Part shown: positions 1-9,168 of the stretch, in pieces
How positions within the stretch are numbered: the stretch's first letter is position 1
Layout: each line of letters begins with the position of its first letter
From: Candidatus Latescibacterota bacterium
GTDB taxonomy: Bacteria > Latescibacterota > UBA2968 > UBA8231
Assembly (NCBI GenBank): GCA_965221775.1
Contig: CBDCSU010000005.1
Coordinates: 256,001-320,000, forward strand
Length of the DNA stretch: 64,000 nt
Reading direction: 5' to 3'
Position numbers and translations under genes: made by a program
The notes under the pieces: generated by a model
What the model was told of the DNA's origin: nothing
Database searches by the model: none
The model's input: only the letters and a program-made list of their open reading frames with translations

Positions 1-737
1 ATCACCCCGAGGCCGCGGCCGTGGAGGTGATCGACGAAGTACGCGAAGTCTTCCGGCGGTCCGAGGCGGGCCGTGGGCGCGAAGTAGCCGGTGACCTGGT
101 ATCCCCAGGAGCCGTCGAAGGGATGCTCGGCCACGGCCATCAGCTCGACGTGGGTGAAGCCCAGGCCGGCGGCGTACTCGGCCAGCTCGTGGGCCAGCCG
201 GCGCCAGCCGAGGGGCTCGCCCCCGGGGCCGCGCCGCCACGAGCCGGGGTGGACCTCGTAGATGGACAGGGGCTCCCGCGCCCACCGGCGCTCCTCCCGG
301 CGCTCCATCCACTCGGCGTCGGTCCACTCGAAGTCGTGCCCGGCGGAGACGACGGAGGCCGTGCGCGGCGGCGCCTCGGCGGCGAAGGCCACCGGGTCGG
401 CCTTGTGCAGCAGGTCCCCGGCGGCGGTCAGGATCTCGTACTTGTAGAGGGCGCCGGCGCCCACGCCGGGGAGGAAGAGCTCCCATACCCCGCGGGACCC
501 CGCCCGGGCCATGGGGTGGCGGAGTCCGTCCCAGTCGTTGAAGTCCCCCACCACGCTGACCCGTTCCGCGGCCGGGGCCCACACGGCAAAGTGCACCCCG
601 TCGCGACCTTGCACGATCCGCGGATGGGCGCCGAGGAGATCGTGGATCCGGTAGTGCCGGCCGGCGGCACGGCCCCCGGCGTCGACCCCGGGCGAAGAAG
701 GCGGCGCGGCTCCCGGAGAGGATGGGGCCGCATCCAT
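1..737 (-). CDS. glgB: 1,4-alpha-glucan branching enzyme (N-terminal part; runs off window edge)
   Basis: Manual translation from ATG at 737 (TGATG overlap with upstream gene): [71 protein letters not shown]. Not in ORF track because truncated. Confidence 0.95.
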   Translation of the reverse strand, partial: MDAAPSSPGAAPPSSPGVDAGGRAAGRHYRIHDLLGAHPRIVQGRDGVHFAVWAPAAERVSVVGDFNDWDGLRHPMARAGSRGVWELFLPGVGAGALYKYEILTAAGDLLHKADPVAFAAEAPPRTASVVSAGHDFEWTDAEWMERREERRWAREPLSIYEVHPGSWRRGPGGEPLGWRRLAHELAEYAAGLGFTHVELMAVAEHPFDGSWGYQVTGYFAPTARLGPPEDFAYFVDHLHGRGLGV

Positions 738-2650
738 CAGGTGGAGGCTCTCTCGCGGTCCCCTGTCTCGAGTGCAGCCGTCGAGGCGCCGCAGCAGCCG
801 GCCTCGGGCTCGGGTTCGGACGGCGCTCCACAGCAGTCCGGCTCGGGCTCCGACGCCCCCACGCAGCAGTCCGGCTCGGGCTCCGACTCGCAGCAGGAGT
901 GGGCGGCCTCGCCGGCAGGCTCCGCGGTGCCGGCTTCGAGGATCTCGCCCACGAAGGCCCGCGGTCCCCGGCGCACCATCGAGGCCAGCATCAGCGCCCC
1001 GAGCGCGGCCAGGCAGAGGTCCCGCCACCCGGCCCCGTGGCCGGCGTGCTCCAGGTCCGGCACGACGCCGGCCACCTCGGTCAGGCCGTTGACGGCGCGC
1101 CCGAGGAGCACGGTGATGACGACCACGCAGGCGGCGAAGAGCAGGGCGATGCGGCGGCCGTGGAGCCGCGTGAGCACGCCGAGGGTGGTGACGTTGGTCG
1201 CCGGCCCGGTGATCAGGAAGGCCAGGGCCGCCCCCGGCGAGACGCCGTTGAGGACCAGGACCGCCACCAGGGGCGTGGCCCCGGCGGCGCAGACGTAGAC
1301 CGGCATGCCCACCAGGGCCATGATCTCCACCTCCAGCCCGGGCGGCACCAGCTCCGACCACCGGGTACCGACGAGACCGTGGACCAGCGCGGCGAGGGTC
1401 AGCCCCACGAGGATCCAGGGCGCCGTGGAGTCCACCACCTCGCCCAGGCCCTGGGACAGTCCCGTGCGCAGGCGCGCCGTCAGGGGCGCCTTGCCCGCGC
1501 CGGCGTCGGCCGCCGCCCCCTGGGGCACCAGCCGCGAGGCGAAGCGGCCCACGAACCACCCCGTGCCGAGGGCGACGGCGGCCGCCGCCGCCACCCGGGC
1601 GACGGTGAACTCGCCTCCCAGCAGGGGCAGGGTGATGAGGACGGCGTCGAGGCTCAGCTCGGGCGTGGCGATGAGGAAGGCCATGGCCGCCGTGGGCGGG
1701 ACCCCGGCGACCACGATCGAGCGGTAGAGGGGGACGACGCCGCAGGAGCAGACGGGCAGAGGCAGGCCGAAGGCCATGCCCCGGGCGGCCTGGGAGAGCC
1801 GGGAACCGCGCCTCATCCAGTCCACTGTGCCCTGGGGCAGCAGGGCGTACACCAGGCCGGCACCGACGTAGGCGATCAGCAGGGCGGGCGCCGACTCGCG
1901 GGCCAGGGTGTAGAACACCCCCGCCATCCCGCCCAAGGCCGCGGGAACCCCCTGGGCGGCGGTGACCACCCCCAGCAGCACCAGGGCGGCCAGGGCTCCC
2001 AGGCCCGAGGGCCACCGCCGGAGGGCTGCATCTTCGGCTCCGGCCACCGGATAGCGGCGGCGCAGCACGACGTGCAGCAGGGCGCCCGCCGTCAGCGCCT
2101 GGAACAGCCCCCAGCCGAGCCCGCCCGGGGCCGTCCCGCCCGGGATGAAGCCGAGGAAGCCGCCCGCGGTGGCCGCCGCCACCGCTCCCAGGGCGGCCAG
2201 GGCGGGCGCCAGCCCGTAGAGCGGCCGCAGGAGAAACCAGAGGGCCAGCCCCAGCGGCAGGCGGTGCAGGAGGCCGGCCGCGTGCCAGTCACCGCCGCCG
2301 GCCCCCCCGGACAGAGCAAGGCCGTCGAGGCAGGCGTGGGCACCGATGGCGGCCAGGGCGAGGAGGAGGGCGACGACGCGGACGGTGGACTTGAGGGGCG
2401 GCAGATAGCGCCCGATCAGCGCCGGCAGCCACAACCCGGCGGCCACGGCCGCCGCCGCCGGCGCCCAGCCGGCTACGGCGGCGCTTCCCGGAACCATCTG
2501 CAGAAGGACGAAGCCGCCGACGCCGACGAAGAGAAAACCGTCGAGGAAGGCCGTCAGACGGCCCGAGGCCCGTGCGGCCCCGTAGGCCAGGGGGCCCGCC
2601 GCGAGGGCGAGCAGAGTGAGCGCCAGCAGGGTCCAGGCGGATGGATTCAT
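737..2650 (-). CDS. Metal-efflux permease (DUF318/ArsP-like) with extra N-terminal membrane domain and Cys-Cys tail
   Basis: [38 protein letters not shown] motifs; many TM segments; C-terminal CC repeats. Confidence 0.85.
   Translation of the reverse strand: MNPSAWTLLALTLLALAAGPLAYGAARASGRLTAFLDGFLFVGVGGFVLLQMVPGSAAVAGWAPAAAAVAAGLWLPALIGRYLPPLKSTVRVVALLLALAAIGAHACLDGLALSGGAGGGDWHAAGLLHRLPLGLALWFLLRPLYGLAPALAALGAVAAATAGGFLGFIPGGTAPGGLGWGLFQALTAGALLHVVLRRRYPVAGAEDAALRRWPSGLGALAALVLLGVVTAAQGVPAALGGMAGVFYTLARESAPALLIAYVGAGLVYALLPQGTVDWMRRGSRLSQAARGMAFGLPLPVCSCGVVPLYRSIVVAGVPPTAAMAFLIATPELSLDAVLITLPLLGGEFTVARVAAAAAVALGTGWFVGRFASRLVPQGAAADAGAGKAPLTARLRTGLSQGLGEVVDSTAPWILVGLTLAALVHGLVGTRWSELVPPGLEVEIMALVGMPVYVCAAGATPLVAVLVLNGVSPGAALAFLITGPATNVTTLGVLTRLHGRRIALLFAACVVVITVLLGRAVNGLTEVAGVVPDLEHAGHGAGWRDLCLAALGALMLASMVRRGPRAFVGEILEAGTAEPAGEAAHSCCESEPEPDCCVGASEPEPDCCGAPSEPEPEAGCCGASTAALETGDRERAST
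788..905 (-). repeat. Coding tandem repeat of CC-x-SEPEP units (four Cys-Cys pairs)
   Basis: Recurring gcagcagtccggctcgggctccgac on + strand; protein [38 protein letters not shown]. Confidence 0.85.
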
Positions 2651-2770
2651 GACGAGATCGAATGTACTGGGCCCGCCAGCCCCCGGCTACCTGGCTCCTT
2701 GCCAGGAAAGGGAGCGGGGGTTACCTAGGGACACCTGCGGTATCCATCCGGCTCCCGGGACAAGGCCTGC

Positions 2771-4081
2771 GTGAAGACCGAACCACTGCACGGCTGGGGG
2801 CGCCACCCACGCCTCCACGGCGCCGTGCACCGCGCCCGCGACCTCGACGACCTGCGGCGGCTCGCCCGGTCGACCCGCGCCGGCATCGGCCGCGGCGCCG
2901 GCCGCAGCTACGGAGACGCGGCCGTCGGCGCCCATGTGATCTCGGCCCTGCCGCTGCGTCACCTGCTCGACTTCGATGGCCAGAGCGGGGTCCTGAAGGC
3001 CCAGGCCGGCGTCACCCTCGACGACGTGATCCGCTTCGCCCTCCCCCGCGGCTGGTTCCCCCCGGTCACCCCCGGGACCCGGCACTGCACCCTGGGCGGC
3101 TGCGTCGCCGCCGACGTCCACGGCAAGAACCACCACCGCGTCGGCGCCTTCGGGGCCTTCGTCGACGAGCTGGAGATGGTGCTCGCCGGCGGCGACGTGG
3201 TGCGCTGCTCGCGGACCGAGCTCCCCGACCTGTTCTGGGCGACCCTGGGGGGCATGGGGCTGACGGGGCTGATCCACGCCGTCACCCTGCGGCTGGCGCC
3301 GGTATCCTCCGCCTTCATCGACAACCTCGGCGTGCGCACCGGGAACCTGGGAGAGACCTGCCGGCTCCTCAGGGAAACCCAGGATGACCACGCCTACTCC
3401 GTGGCCTGGATCGATCTGCTGCCCCGGGGCGGGCGCCGGGGGCGGGGGCACGTGCTCCTCGGCGACCCCGCCGACGGGCCCGCGCTGGCCCCCCTGCACC
3501 GGGATCCGCGGTGGAAGCTGCCCGCCCTGCCGGCCAACCTCGTGCGCGGCACCGGGCTGCGCCTGCTCAACGCCCTCTGGTACCGCCGGCAGCTCCGGAA
3601 GCGCAGCCGTCGGCGGGTCCACTACGGCCCCTACTTCCATCCCCTCGACGGCGTCGCCCACTGGAACCGGGCCTACGGCCCCCGGGGCTTCCTGCAGTTC
3701 CAGTTCGCCGTCCCCTTCGACAGCGGCGAGGAGGTGATGGCCGACGTGGTCGAGCGCACCCGGCGTGCAGCGCCCTGCTCGCTGGCGGTGCTCAAGACCT
3801 TCGGCGACCACCCCGGCGGGCCCCTCGGTTTCCCCATGCCGGGATACACCCTGGCCCTCGACTTCCCGCGCACCTCGCGGATCGAGGAAGCTCTGGGCGC
3901 CGCCGCCGGCACGGTGGCCGCCGCCGGGGGCCGCGTCTACCTGGCCAAGGACGCCCTCCTCACGCCGGATCAGACCGAGGCCATGTACCCGCGCCTCGAC
4001 GAGTTCCGCGCCGCCCGCCGCCGCTACGACCCCGGGGGCCGCTTCCGGTCGGCTCTCTCCGACCGCACGGGGCTGACGTGA
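2771..4081 (+). CDS. FAD-binding oxidoreductase, DprE1-like (polyprenylphosphoryl-ribose 2'-oxidase)
   Basis: GRGAGRSYGDAA, PVTPGT, GGCVAADVHGKNHH, GGMGLTG, YGPRGFLQFQ, GGRVYLAKD. Confidence 0.9.
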   Translation: MKTEPLHGWGRHPRLHGAVHRARDLDDLRRLARSTRAGIGRGAGRSYGDAAVGAHVISALPLRHLLDFDGQSGVLKAQAGVTLDDVIRFALPRGWFPPVTPGTRHCTLGGCVAADVHGKNHHRVGAFGAFVDELEMVLAGGDVVRCSRTELPDLFWATLGGMGLTGLIHAVTLRLAPVSSAFIDNLGVRTGNLGETCRLLRETQDDHAYSVAWIDLLPRGGRRGRGHVLLGDPADGPALAPLHRDPRWKLPALPANLVRGTGLRLLNALWYRRQLRKRSRRRVHYGPYFHPLDGVAHWNRAYGPRGFLQFQFAVPFDSGEEVMADVVERTRRAAPCSLAVLKTFGDHPGGPLGFPMPGYTLALDFPRTSRIEEALGAAAGTVAAAGGRVYLAKDALLTPDQTEAMYPRLDEFRAARRRYDPGGRFRSALSDRTGLT

Positions 4082-4818
4082 GCGGCCGCGCCCTGATCCT
4101 GGGGGCCCGCTCGGCCATCGCCGCGGCCCTGGCCCAACGGCTGGCCGGGGACGGCTGGGACCTGGTGCTGGCGGCGCGCGATTGCCGGAGGCTGGAGCCG
4201 GTGGCCGCCGACCTGCGCCTGCGCCGGCAGCGGCAGGTGGACCTGCTGGAGTTCGACGCCCTCGACCTGGCGTCGCACGCCTGTCTCGCCGACCGGGTGC
4301 GCGCCGCCGCCGGCCCCTTCGACCTCGTGGTCTGCGTCTTCGGCTACGCCGGCGATCCCGACGCGGCGCGCCGCGACACCGGGGAGATGACGGCCACCCT
4401 GGGCATCAACTTCACCGCCGCCGCCGTCTGCCTCGGACACCTGGCCAACGACCTGGAGGAGCGGCGCGAAGGCGGCCTCATCGCCGTGAGCTCCGTCGCC
4501 GGCGACCGGGGGCGGCAGTCCAACTACGTGTACGGCGCATCCAAAGGCGGGCTGAACGTCTTCCTCCAGGGCCTGCGGAACCGTCTGGCACCCGCCGGGG
4601 TGCACGTGATGACCGTGAAGCCGGGCTTCGTGGACACGCCGATGACGGAGGGCCGCGAGGGGCTGTTCCTGGTGGCCTCGCCGGAGCGGGTGGCCGGCGA
4701 TGTCCTGCGCGCCTGGAAGAGGCGGCGGAACGTGGTCTACACGCCCTGGTTCTGGCGCTGGATCATGCTCCTGATCCGCCTGGTGCCGGAGGGGTTGTTC
4801 AAGCGGCTGAGGCTGTAG
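4078..4818 (+). CDS. SDR oxidoreductase, DprE2-like
   Basis: GTG at 4078 overlapping upstream TGA; ILGARSAIA, SSVAGDRGRQSNYVYGASK (YxxxK), VKPGFVDTPMT. Confidence 0.9.
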   Translation: MSGRALILGARSAIAAALAQRLAGDGWDLVLAARDCRRLEPVAADLRLRRQRQVDLLEFDALDLASHACLADRVRAAAGPFDLVVCVFGYAGDPDAARRDTGEMTATLGINFTAAAVCLGHLANDLEERREGGLIAVSSVAGDRGRQSNYVYGASKGGLNVFLQGLRNRLAPAGVHVMTVKPGFVDTPMTEGREGLFLVASPERVAGDVLRAWKRRRNVVYTPWFWRWIMLLIRLVPEGLFKRLRL

Positions 4819-7033
4819 GCGCCGGGCCTGGGGGGCCGTCCAGGGCTTGGCGCAGGCGCGAGGCCAGGTTGGTGTTCCGCCGGGCGGGGCGGTCGTTCTC
4901 GATGGCCCGCCGCAGGGCGCGCTGGCTGCCGATGAGGACGAAGAGCTCCCGGGCCCGGGTGACGGCGGTGTAGAGCAGGTTGCGCTGCAGCATCGGGTAG
5001 TGCTGGGTCGTCAGGGGCAGGACGACGGCCGGGAACTCCGAGCCCTGGGAACGGTGGATGCTGATGGCGTAGGCCATGCTCAGCTGGTCGAGCTCGGCCA
5101 GCTCGTAGCGCTGCACGCCGCCGTCGTCGAAGACGACCTCGGCGAAGGACTCCTCCCCCGTCTCCAGGCGGCCGATGCGCCCCAGGTCGCCGTTGAAGAC
5201 CCCCTTGTCGTAGTTGTTGCGCACCTGCATCACCCGGTCCCCCTCGCGCAGCTCGCGATCGCCGATGGCGTGGGCCTTGCGCCCCGGGTTCAGGCGCTCC
5301 TGGAGCTGGCGGTTGAGCTGCAGGGCGCCGGTCTCGCCGCGGTACATCGGGGTCAGGACCTGGACCTGCCGCATGGGGTCGAGGTCCCGGCCCTGCGGCA
5401 GGCGGCGGGCCACGAGGTCCACGAGGCGCTCGGCGGCGCGGGCGGGGTCGTCCTCCTCGACGAAGTAGAAGCCGGAGTCGGCGCGGTTGTCGATCCGGGG
5501 CCACTGGCCCCCGTTGATGCGGTGGGCGTTGCCGACGATGAGGTTGTCGCCGGCCTGGCGGTAGATGTGGCGCAGGCGCGCCACGGGCACGACGCCGGAG
5601 TCGATGACGTCCCCGAGGAGGTTGCCGGGGCCGACCGAGGGCAGCTGGTCGGCGTCGCCCACCAGGACCAGCCGCGCCGCGTCGGGGACGGCCCGCAGCA
5701 GCGCGTTCATCAGGTTGATGTCGATCATGGAGCTCTCGTCGACGATGACCGCCTCCGCCTCGAGGGGCAGGTTGTCGTCGCGGCGGAAGCCGCCCTCCCG
5801 GGGCGCGAACTCGAGGAGCCGGTGGATGGTGCGGGCCTCGCGGCCGGTGGCCTCGGTGAGGCGCTTGGCGGCCCGCCCCGTGGGCGAGCACAGGGCCACC
5901 CGCAGGCCGGAGGCCTCCAGGCGCCCCACGATCTGGCGGGTGATGGTGGTCTTGCCCGTGCCGGGGCCGCCGGTGACGACCAGGACCTTCCCCGCACCCA
6001 CCTGCTCCAGGGCCCATCGCTGGTCCTCTCCCAGGGACGCTTCCTCCTCGGCATCCGCCTCCCCCGCCTCCTTGGCCAGAGGCGGCCCCGGCGAGGTGAG
6101 AAGCCGCTCCAGGGCCCTGGCCACCCCCCGCTCCGCCCGGTGCAGGCGGCGCGGATAGCAGTCCCGCCCCTCCACGACGACGTCCCCCGATTCCCGGAGG
6201 GCCGCAAGCGCCTCCGGCACGCGCCCGGGGTCCACGCCGAGCAGCTCGGCAGCCGCCGGGGCCAGCTCCTCCTCGGGCAGGAAGAGATGGCCCTCGTCGG
6301 CGGCCTCCTCCAGCAGGTAGCGGAGGCCGGCGCGCACGCGCTCCGGGGCGTCGTGCGCGATGCCGAGATCGCCGGCGATGCGGTCCGCCGTCTGGAAGCC
6401 GATGCCGCGCACGTCGCGCTGCAGCCGGTAGGGATCCTGCCGGACGCTGTGGATCGCCTCCTCGCCGTACTGCTGGTAGATGCGCACCGCGTGCCCCGTG
6501 CCGACGCCGTGGGACTGGAGGAAGACCATGACGTCGCGGATGCGCCGCTGCTCCTTCCAGGCCTCGGCGATGGCCCGCGCCCGCTTGCGCCCCAGGCCCT
6601 CGATCTCCAGCAGCCGCCGCGGCTGGGCGTCGATCACCGTGAGGGAGGAGTCGCCGAAACGGGCGACGATGCGCCCCGCCATGACCGGACCGATCCCCTT
6701 GATCAGCCCTGAGCCGAGGTAGCGCTCGATGCCTTCGGCGGTGGCGGGATACGCGGGGATGCACGACTCCACTTGAAGCTGGCGGCCGAAGCGGGGGTGG
6801 AGGTCCCAGCTCCCCTCCAGCTGCACGCTCTCGCCGGCGGAGACGGCCATGGTGCCGACGACGGTGACCGGCTCCCCCTCGCCTTCCGGTTGCAGCCGGG
6901 CGATGGTGTAGCCGTTCTCCGGGTTCTGGAAGGTGATGTGGTCGATGAGCCCCTTGAGACGCACTCCCGTCCCGGGTGCCGGGTCCTCCCGCGCCGCTCT
7001 CCCGGCGCCCTCGAAGAGATCCCCTTCGCTCAC
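4799..7033 (-). CDS. recD2: ATP-dependent RecD2-family DNA helicase
   Basis: GTG at 7033 (GTGA coupling); ITFQNPENGYTIARL, IKGIGP HhH, GGPGTGKT, PTGRAAKRL, DESSM, AISIHRSQGSEF, RNLLYTAVTRAR. Confidence 0.95.
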   Translation of the reverse strand: MSEGDLFEGAGRAAREDPAPGTGVRLKGLIDHITFQNPENGYTIARLQPEGEGEPVTVVGTMAVSAGESVQLEGSWDLHPRFGRQLQVESCIPAYPATAEGIERYLGSGLIKGIGPVMAGRIVARFGDSSLTVIDAQPRRLLEIEGLGRKRARAIAEAWKEQRRIRDVMVFLQSHGVGTGHAVRIYQQYGEEAIHSVRQDPYRLQRDVRGIGFQTADRIAGDLGIAHDAPERVRAGLRYLLEEAADEGHLFLPEEELAPAAAELLGVDPGRVPEALAALRESGDVVVEGRDCYPRRLHRAERGVARALERLLTSPGPPLAKEAGEADAEEEASLGEDQRWALEQVGAGKVLVVTGGPGTGKTTITRQIVGRLEASGLRVALCSPTGRAAKRLTEATGREARTIHRLLEFAPREGGFRRDDNLPLEAEAVIVDESSMIDINLMNALLRAVPDAARLVLVGDADQLPSVGPGNLLGDVIDSGVVPVARLRHIYRQAGDNLIVGNAHRINGGQWPRIDNRADSGFYFVEEDDPARAAERLVDLVARRLPQGRDLDPMRQVQVLTPMYRGETGALQLNRQLQERLNPGRKAHAIGDRELREGDRVMQVRNNYDKGVFNGDLGRIGRLETGEESFAEVVFDDGGVQRYELAELDQLSMAYAISIHRSQGSEFPAVVLPLTTQHYPMLQRNLLYTAVTRARELFVLIGSQRALRRAIENDRPARRNTNLASRLRQALDGPPGPAPTASAA

Positions 7034-7656
7034 ATCAAGGCAGGTCGCAGCAGCAGGGTGACGGCCGCCCCGAGGGCGGCGCCGGCCACCAGCTGCGCCG
7101 GTGAGTGGGCCTGCCGCCGCCACCGGGCCCACCCCGCCGCCAGGGGCAACAGCGCGCACAGGGGCCACCACGCGGCTTCCACGAGGGTGGCCGCCAGCGC
7201 CGCCCCCCCTCCGGCGCCGGTGGTGTGGATGCTGATCTTCCAGCGGCGGTTCACCAGGCCGACGCCGGCGGCGCCCACGGCGAAGGAGGCCGCCGCCCAG
7301 CGCTGCACCGGCGGCATCTGCAGCCCCTGGAGGAGCGCGAAGCCCACCGCGTAGCAGAGGGTCCCGACGAGCAGGAACCGCCTGCGCAGAGGGCGGGGGG
7401 GATCGTAGATGTCGTCGACTCCCCCGCCCCTGGCCAGCCAGCCGAGGAGGGCCGCGGGGCCGATGGAGAACAGCAGGATGGCCAGGGCCTTGCCCCACGC
7501 CGCCGACAGGGGATCGTCCCCGGCGGGCAGCCACAGGAAGACGATCAGGGCGAGGGCCGGCGGACTGAGGAGATGGGTGATCCAGCGCGCGGCCCCGTCG
7601 GCCCCGGTCTCCCGGCGGGCCGTTCCCGGGCGCGATCGATCGGCCGCGGCTCTCAC
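7030..7656 (-). CDS. PAP2-like integral membrane protein (start uncertain)
   Basis: Several TM helices; WKISIHT and WARWRRQAHSPAQL..G resemble PAP2 C2/C3 motifs. Confidence 0.6.
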   Translation of the reverse strand: MRAAADRSRPGTARRETGADGAARWITHLLSPPALALIVFLWLPAGDDPLSAAWGKALAILLFSIGPAALLGWLARGGGVDDIYDPPRPLRRRFLLVGTLCYAVGFALLQGLQMPPVQRWAAASFAVGAAGVGLVNRRWKISIHTTGAGGGAALAATLVEAAWWPLCALLPLAAGWARWRRQAHSPAQLVAGAALGAAVTLLLRPALM

Positions 7657-7691
7657 ACCTCCGTCCCCGCCGTCACCCCCGGGCCGGGCCC

Positions 7692-8129
7692 TCACCGCTT
7701 CCACTTCTTGCCGCTGGCATCCTTCCCTCTCCTGGCACCCCCGGAACCCGCTTTCCGGGCGCTCTCCACGAGGAAGCCGATGAACCGCTTCTGACCGAGG
7801 GTCTTCAGGTAGGAGAGCAGGGAAACCTCCGCCTCCTTGCGGTCGAGCTTGTAGCGGTCCCGGAGGCCTTCGATCATGTCGGCCACGGAGTTGCGGCCGT
7901 CGCACATCTGCCAGACCTGGGCGCCCACCTCATCGAGGGTGATGGTCCGCTTCTCGGGGATGTAGAAGAGCTTCGACAGGAGTCGGGTCTTCCAGGTCTC
8001 CTGCCGGGTCACCGTGATCCGGACCTCACCCTCCTCGGTCTTCTCCCACGCCAGCAACTCGTTGCGGGCCGGCCGCGACTCCAGCATGGCGTCCCGCGTC
8101 AGCCGCGGCTTCTTCTTCGTGGCAAACAT
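7692..8129 (-). CDS. PqqD-family protein (RiPP recognition element-like)
   Basis: ATG at 8129; ITLDEVGAQVWQMCDGRNSVADMIEGLRDRY...SLLSYLKTLGQKRFI matches the PqqD/RRE pattern. Confidence 0.88.
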   Translation of the reverse strand: MFATKKKPRLTRDAMLESRPARNELLAWEKTEEGEVRITVTRQETWKTRLLSKLFYIPEKRTITLDEVGAQVWQMCDGRNSVADMIEGLRDRYKLDRKEAEVSLLSYLKTLGQKRFIGFLVESARKAGSGGARRGKDASGKKWKR

Positions 8130-9144
8130 ATCCGTCAATGACCTCGTCGAGGGTGTCGCCGCCCTGCTCGCTCTTCTTGAACAGATGCTCGACGATGCAG
8201 ATGCGATTCTGGTCGGGGCAGTGCCACACGGCGCCCCGCAGGTGGCGCCTCGGCCTCGGGTTGACGAAGGGCAGGGGCCGCAGCACCTGGCGCCAGCGGC
8301 TCTGGGGCCGCCCGGTGACACTCAGGCCTTCGTGGCCCCGGAAGTCGGACCGGGCGATCTCGTGGTTCACGTCGCGCAGGTCCTTGCGGAAGAAGGAGGG
8401 GTACCAGTCGGAAAGGTTGGTCCCCTTCAGCAGCATGTGGGCCATGCTCAGCCGGTGCACGCGCAGGACCTGGGCGCCGCCGTCCTTCTCGAAGGTCATC
8501 TTCACGTGGCCCGACTTCAACTCCTTCTCGGTGAGCTCGAAGTCGGCGGGGGCGTGGAAGGTGAGGCCGTACAGGCTCCAGTACTGCAACTTGCCGCGCG
8601 GGTGGTCCTCGAGGGTGGGCAGGACCTCGTTCACCAGGCCGATCGCGCCGACGCCGTCGTCCTTTGCCGCCAGCACCCGCAAAAGCACGATGCGGCCGCA
8701 GTCCGGACAGGCGCGGGCCAGGTTGTAGGCCCGGTAGTCGGCCTCCCAGATGAAGGTCTCGTACTCGCTTCCCTCGAGCCAGCGCTTGTCCTGGAGGAAC
8801 TTGGCGCGCCGCTCGACGCGCAACTCCATGCCCGCCTTGTCGGCCTTCTTCTGCAGCTGGGAGATATAGCGGCTTACGAGATCCTCCACGGGCCGGCGGA
8901 TGCCCCGCTTGGGAGGCGCCCGCCACTCGACCTCGGCCCGCACCATGCGCGTGTCGTCGAGGCGGGCGTAGCCGCTGGCGGCGTCGCCGTCGACCCGGCC
9001 CATCTCCCACTCCTCCGGGACGCGCAGACGGATCCCCTGCCAGCCGAAGTCGTAACGCCGGCCCCCCCCGGCCTGGGATGTCCCCGCAGGCTGCCGGGCC
9101 GGGGCCCCGCCTTCCACGGCCGGCAGTCCGTCGCTCGCGGACAT
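8026..9144 (-). CDS. Hypothetical soluble protein with internal two-fold duplication
   Basis: Protein-like composition; halves start FGWQGIRLRVPEEWEM / WSLYGLTFHAPADFEL and contain ACPDCGRI / HCPDQNRI. Confidence 0.8.
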   Translation of the reverse strand: MSASDGLPAVEGGAPARQPAGTSQAGGGRRYDFGWQGIRLRVPEEWEMGRVDGDAASGYARLDDTRMVRAEVEWRAPPKRGIRRPVEDLVSRYISQLQKKADKAGMELRVERRAKFLQDKRWLEGSEYETFIWEADYRAYNLARACPDCGRIVLLRVLAAKDDGVGAIGLVNEVLPTLEDHPRGKLQYWSLYGLTFHAPADFELTEKELKSGHVKMTFEKDGGAQVLRVHRLSMAHMLLKGTNLSDWYPSFFRKDLRDVNHEIARSDFRGHEGLSVTGRPQSRWRQVLRPLPFVNPRPRRHLRGAVWHCPDQNRICIVEHLFKKSEQGGDTLDEVIDGYVCHEEEAAADAGRHAGVAAGPQRVAGVGEDRGG

Positions 9145-9168
9145 GGACCCTTTCCGACCCGGGCCCGG

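Noticed and set aside
4799-4818. 20-bp convergent overlap of the SDR and recD2 3' ends
   Set aside because: Common in GC-rich genomes; nothing suggests a function.
7692-8129. PQQ or classical RiPP biosynthetic cluster
   Set aside because: No pqqA/B/C/E, radical SAM, YcaO, lasso cyclase or recognisable precursor ORF nearby.
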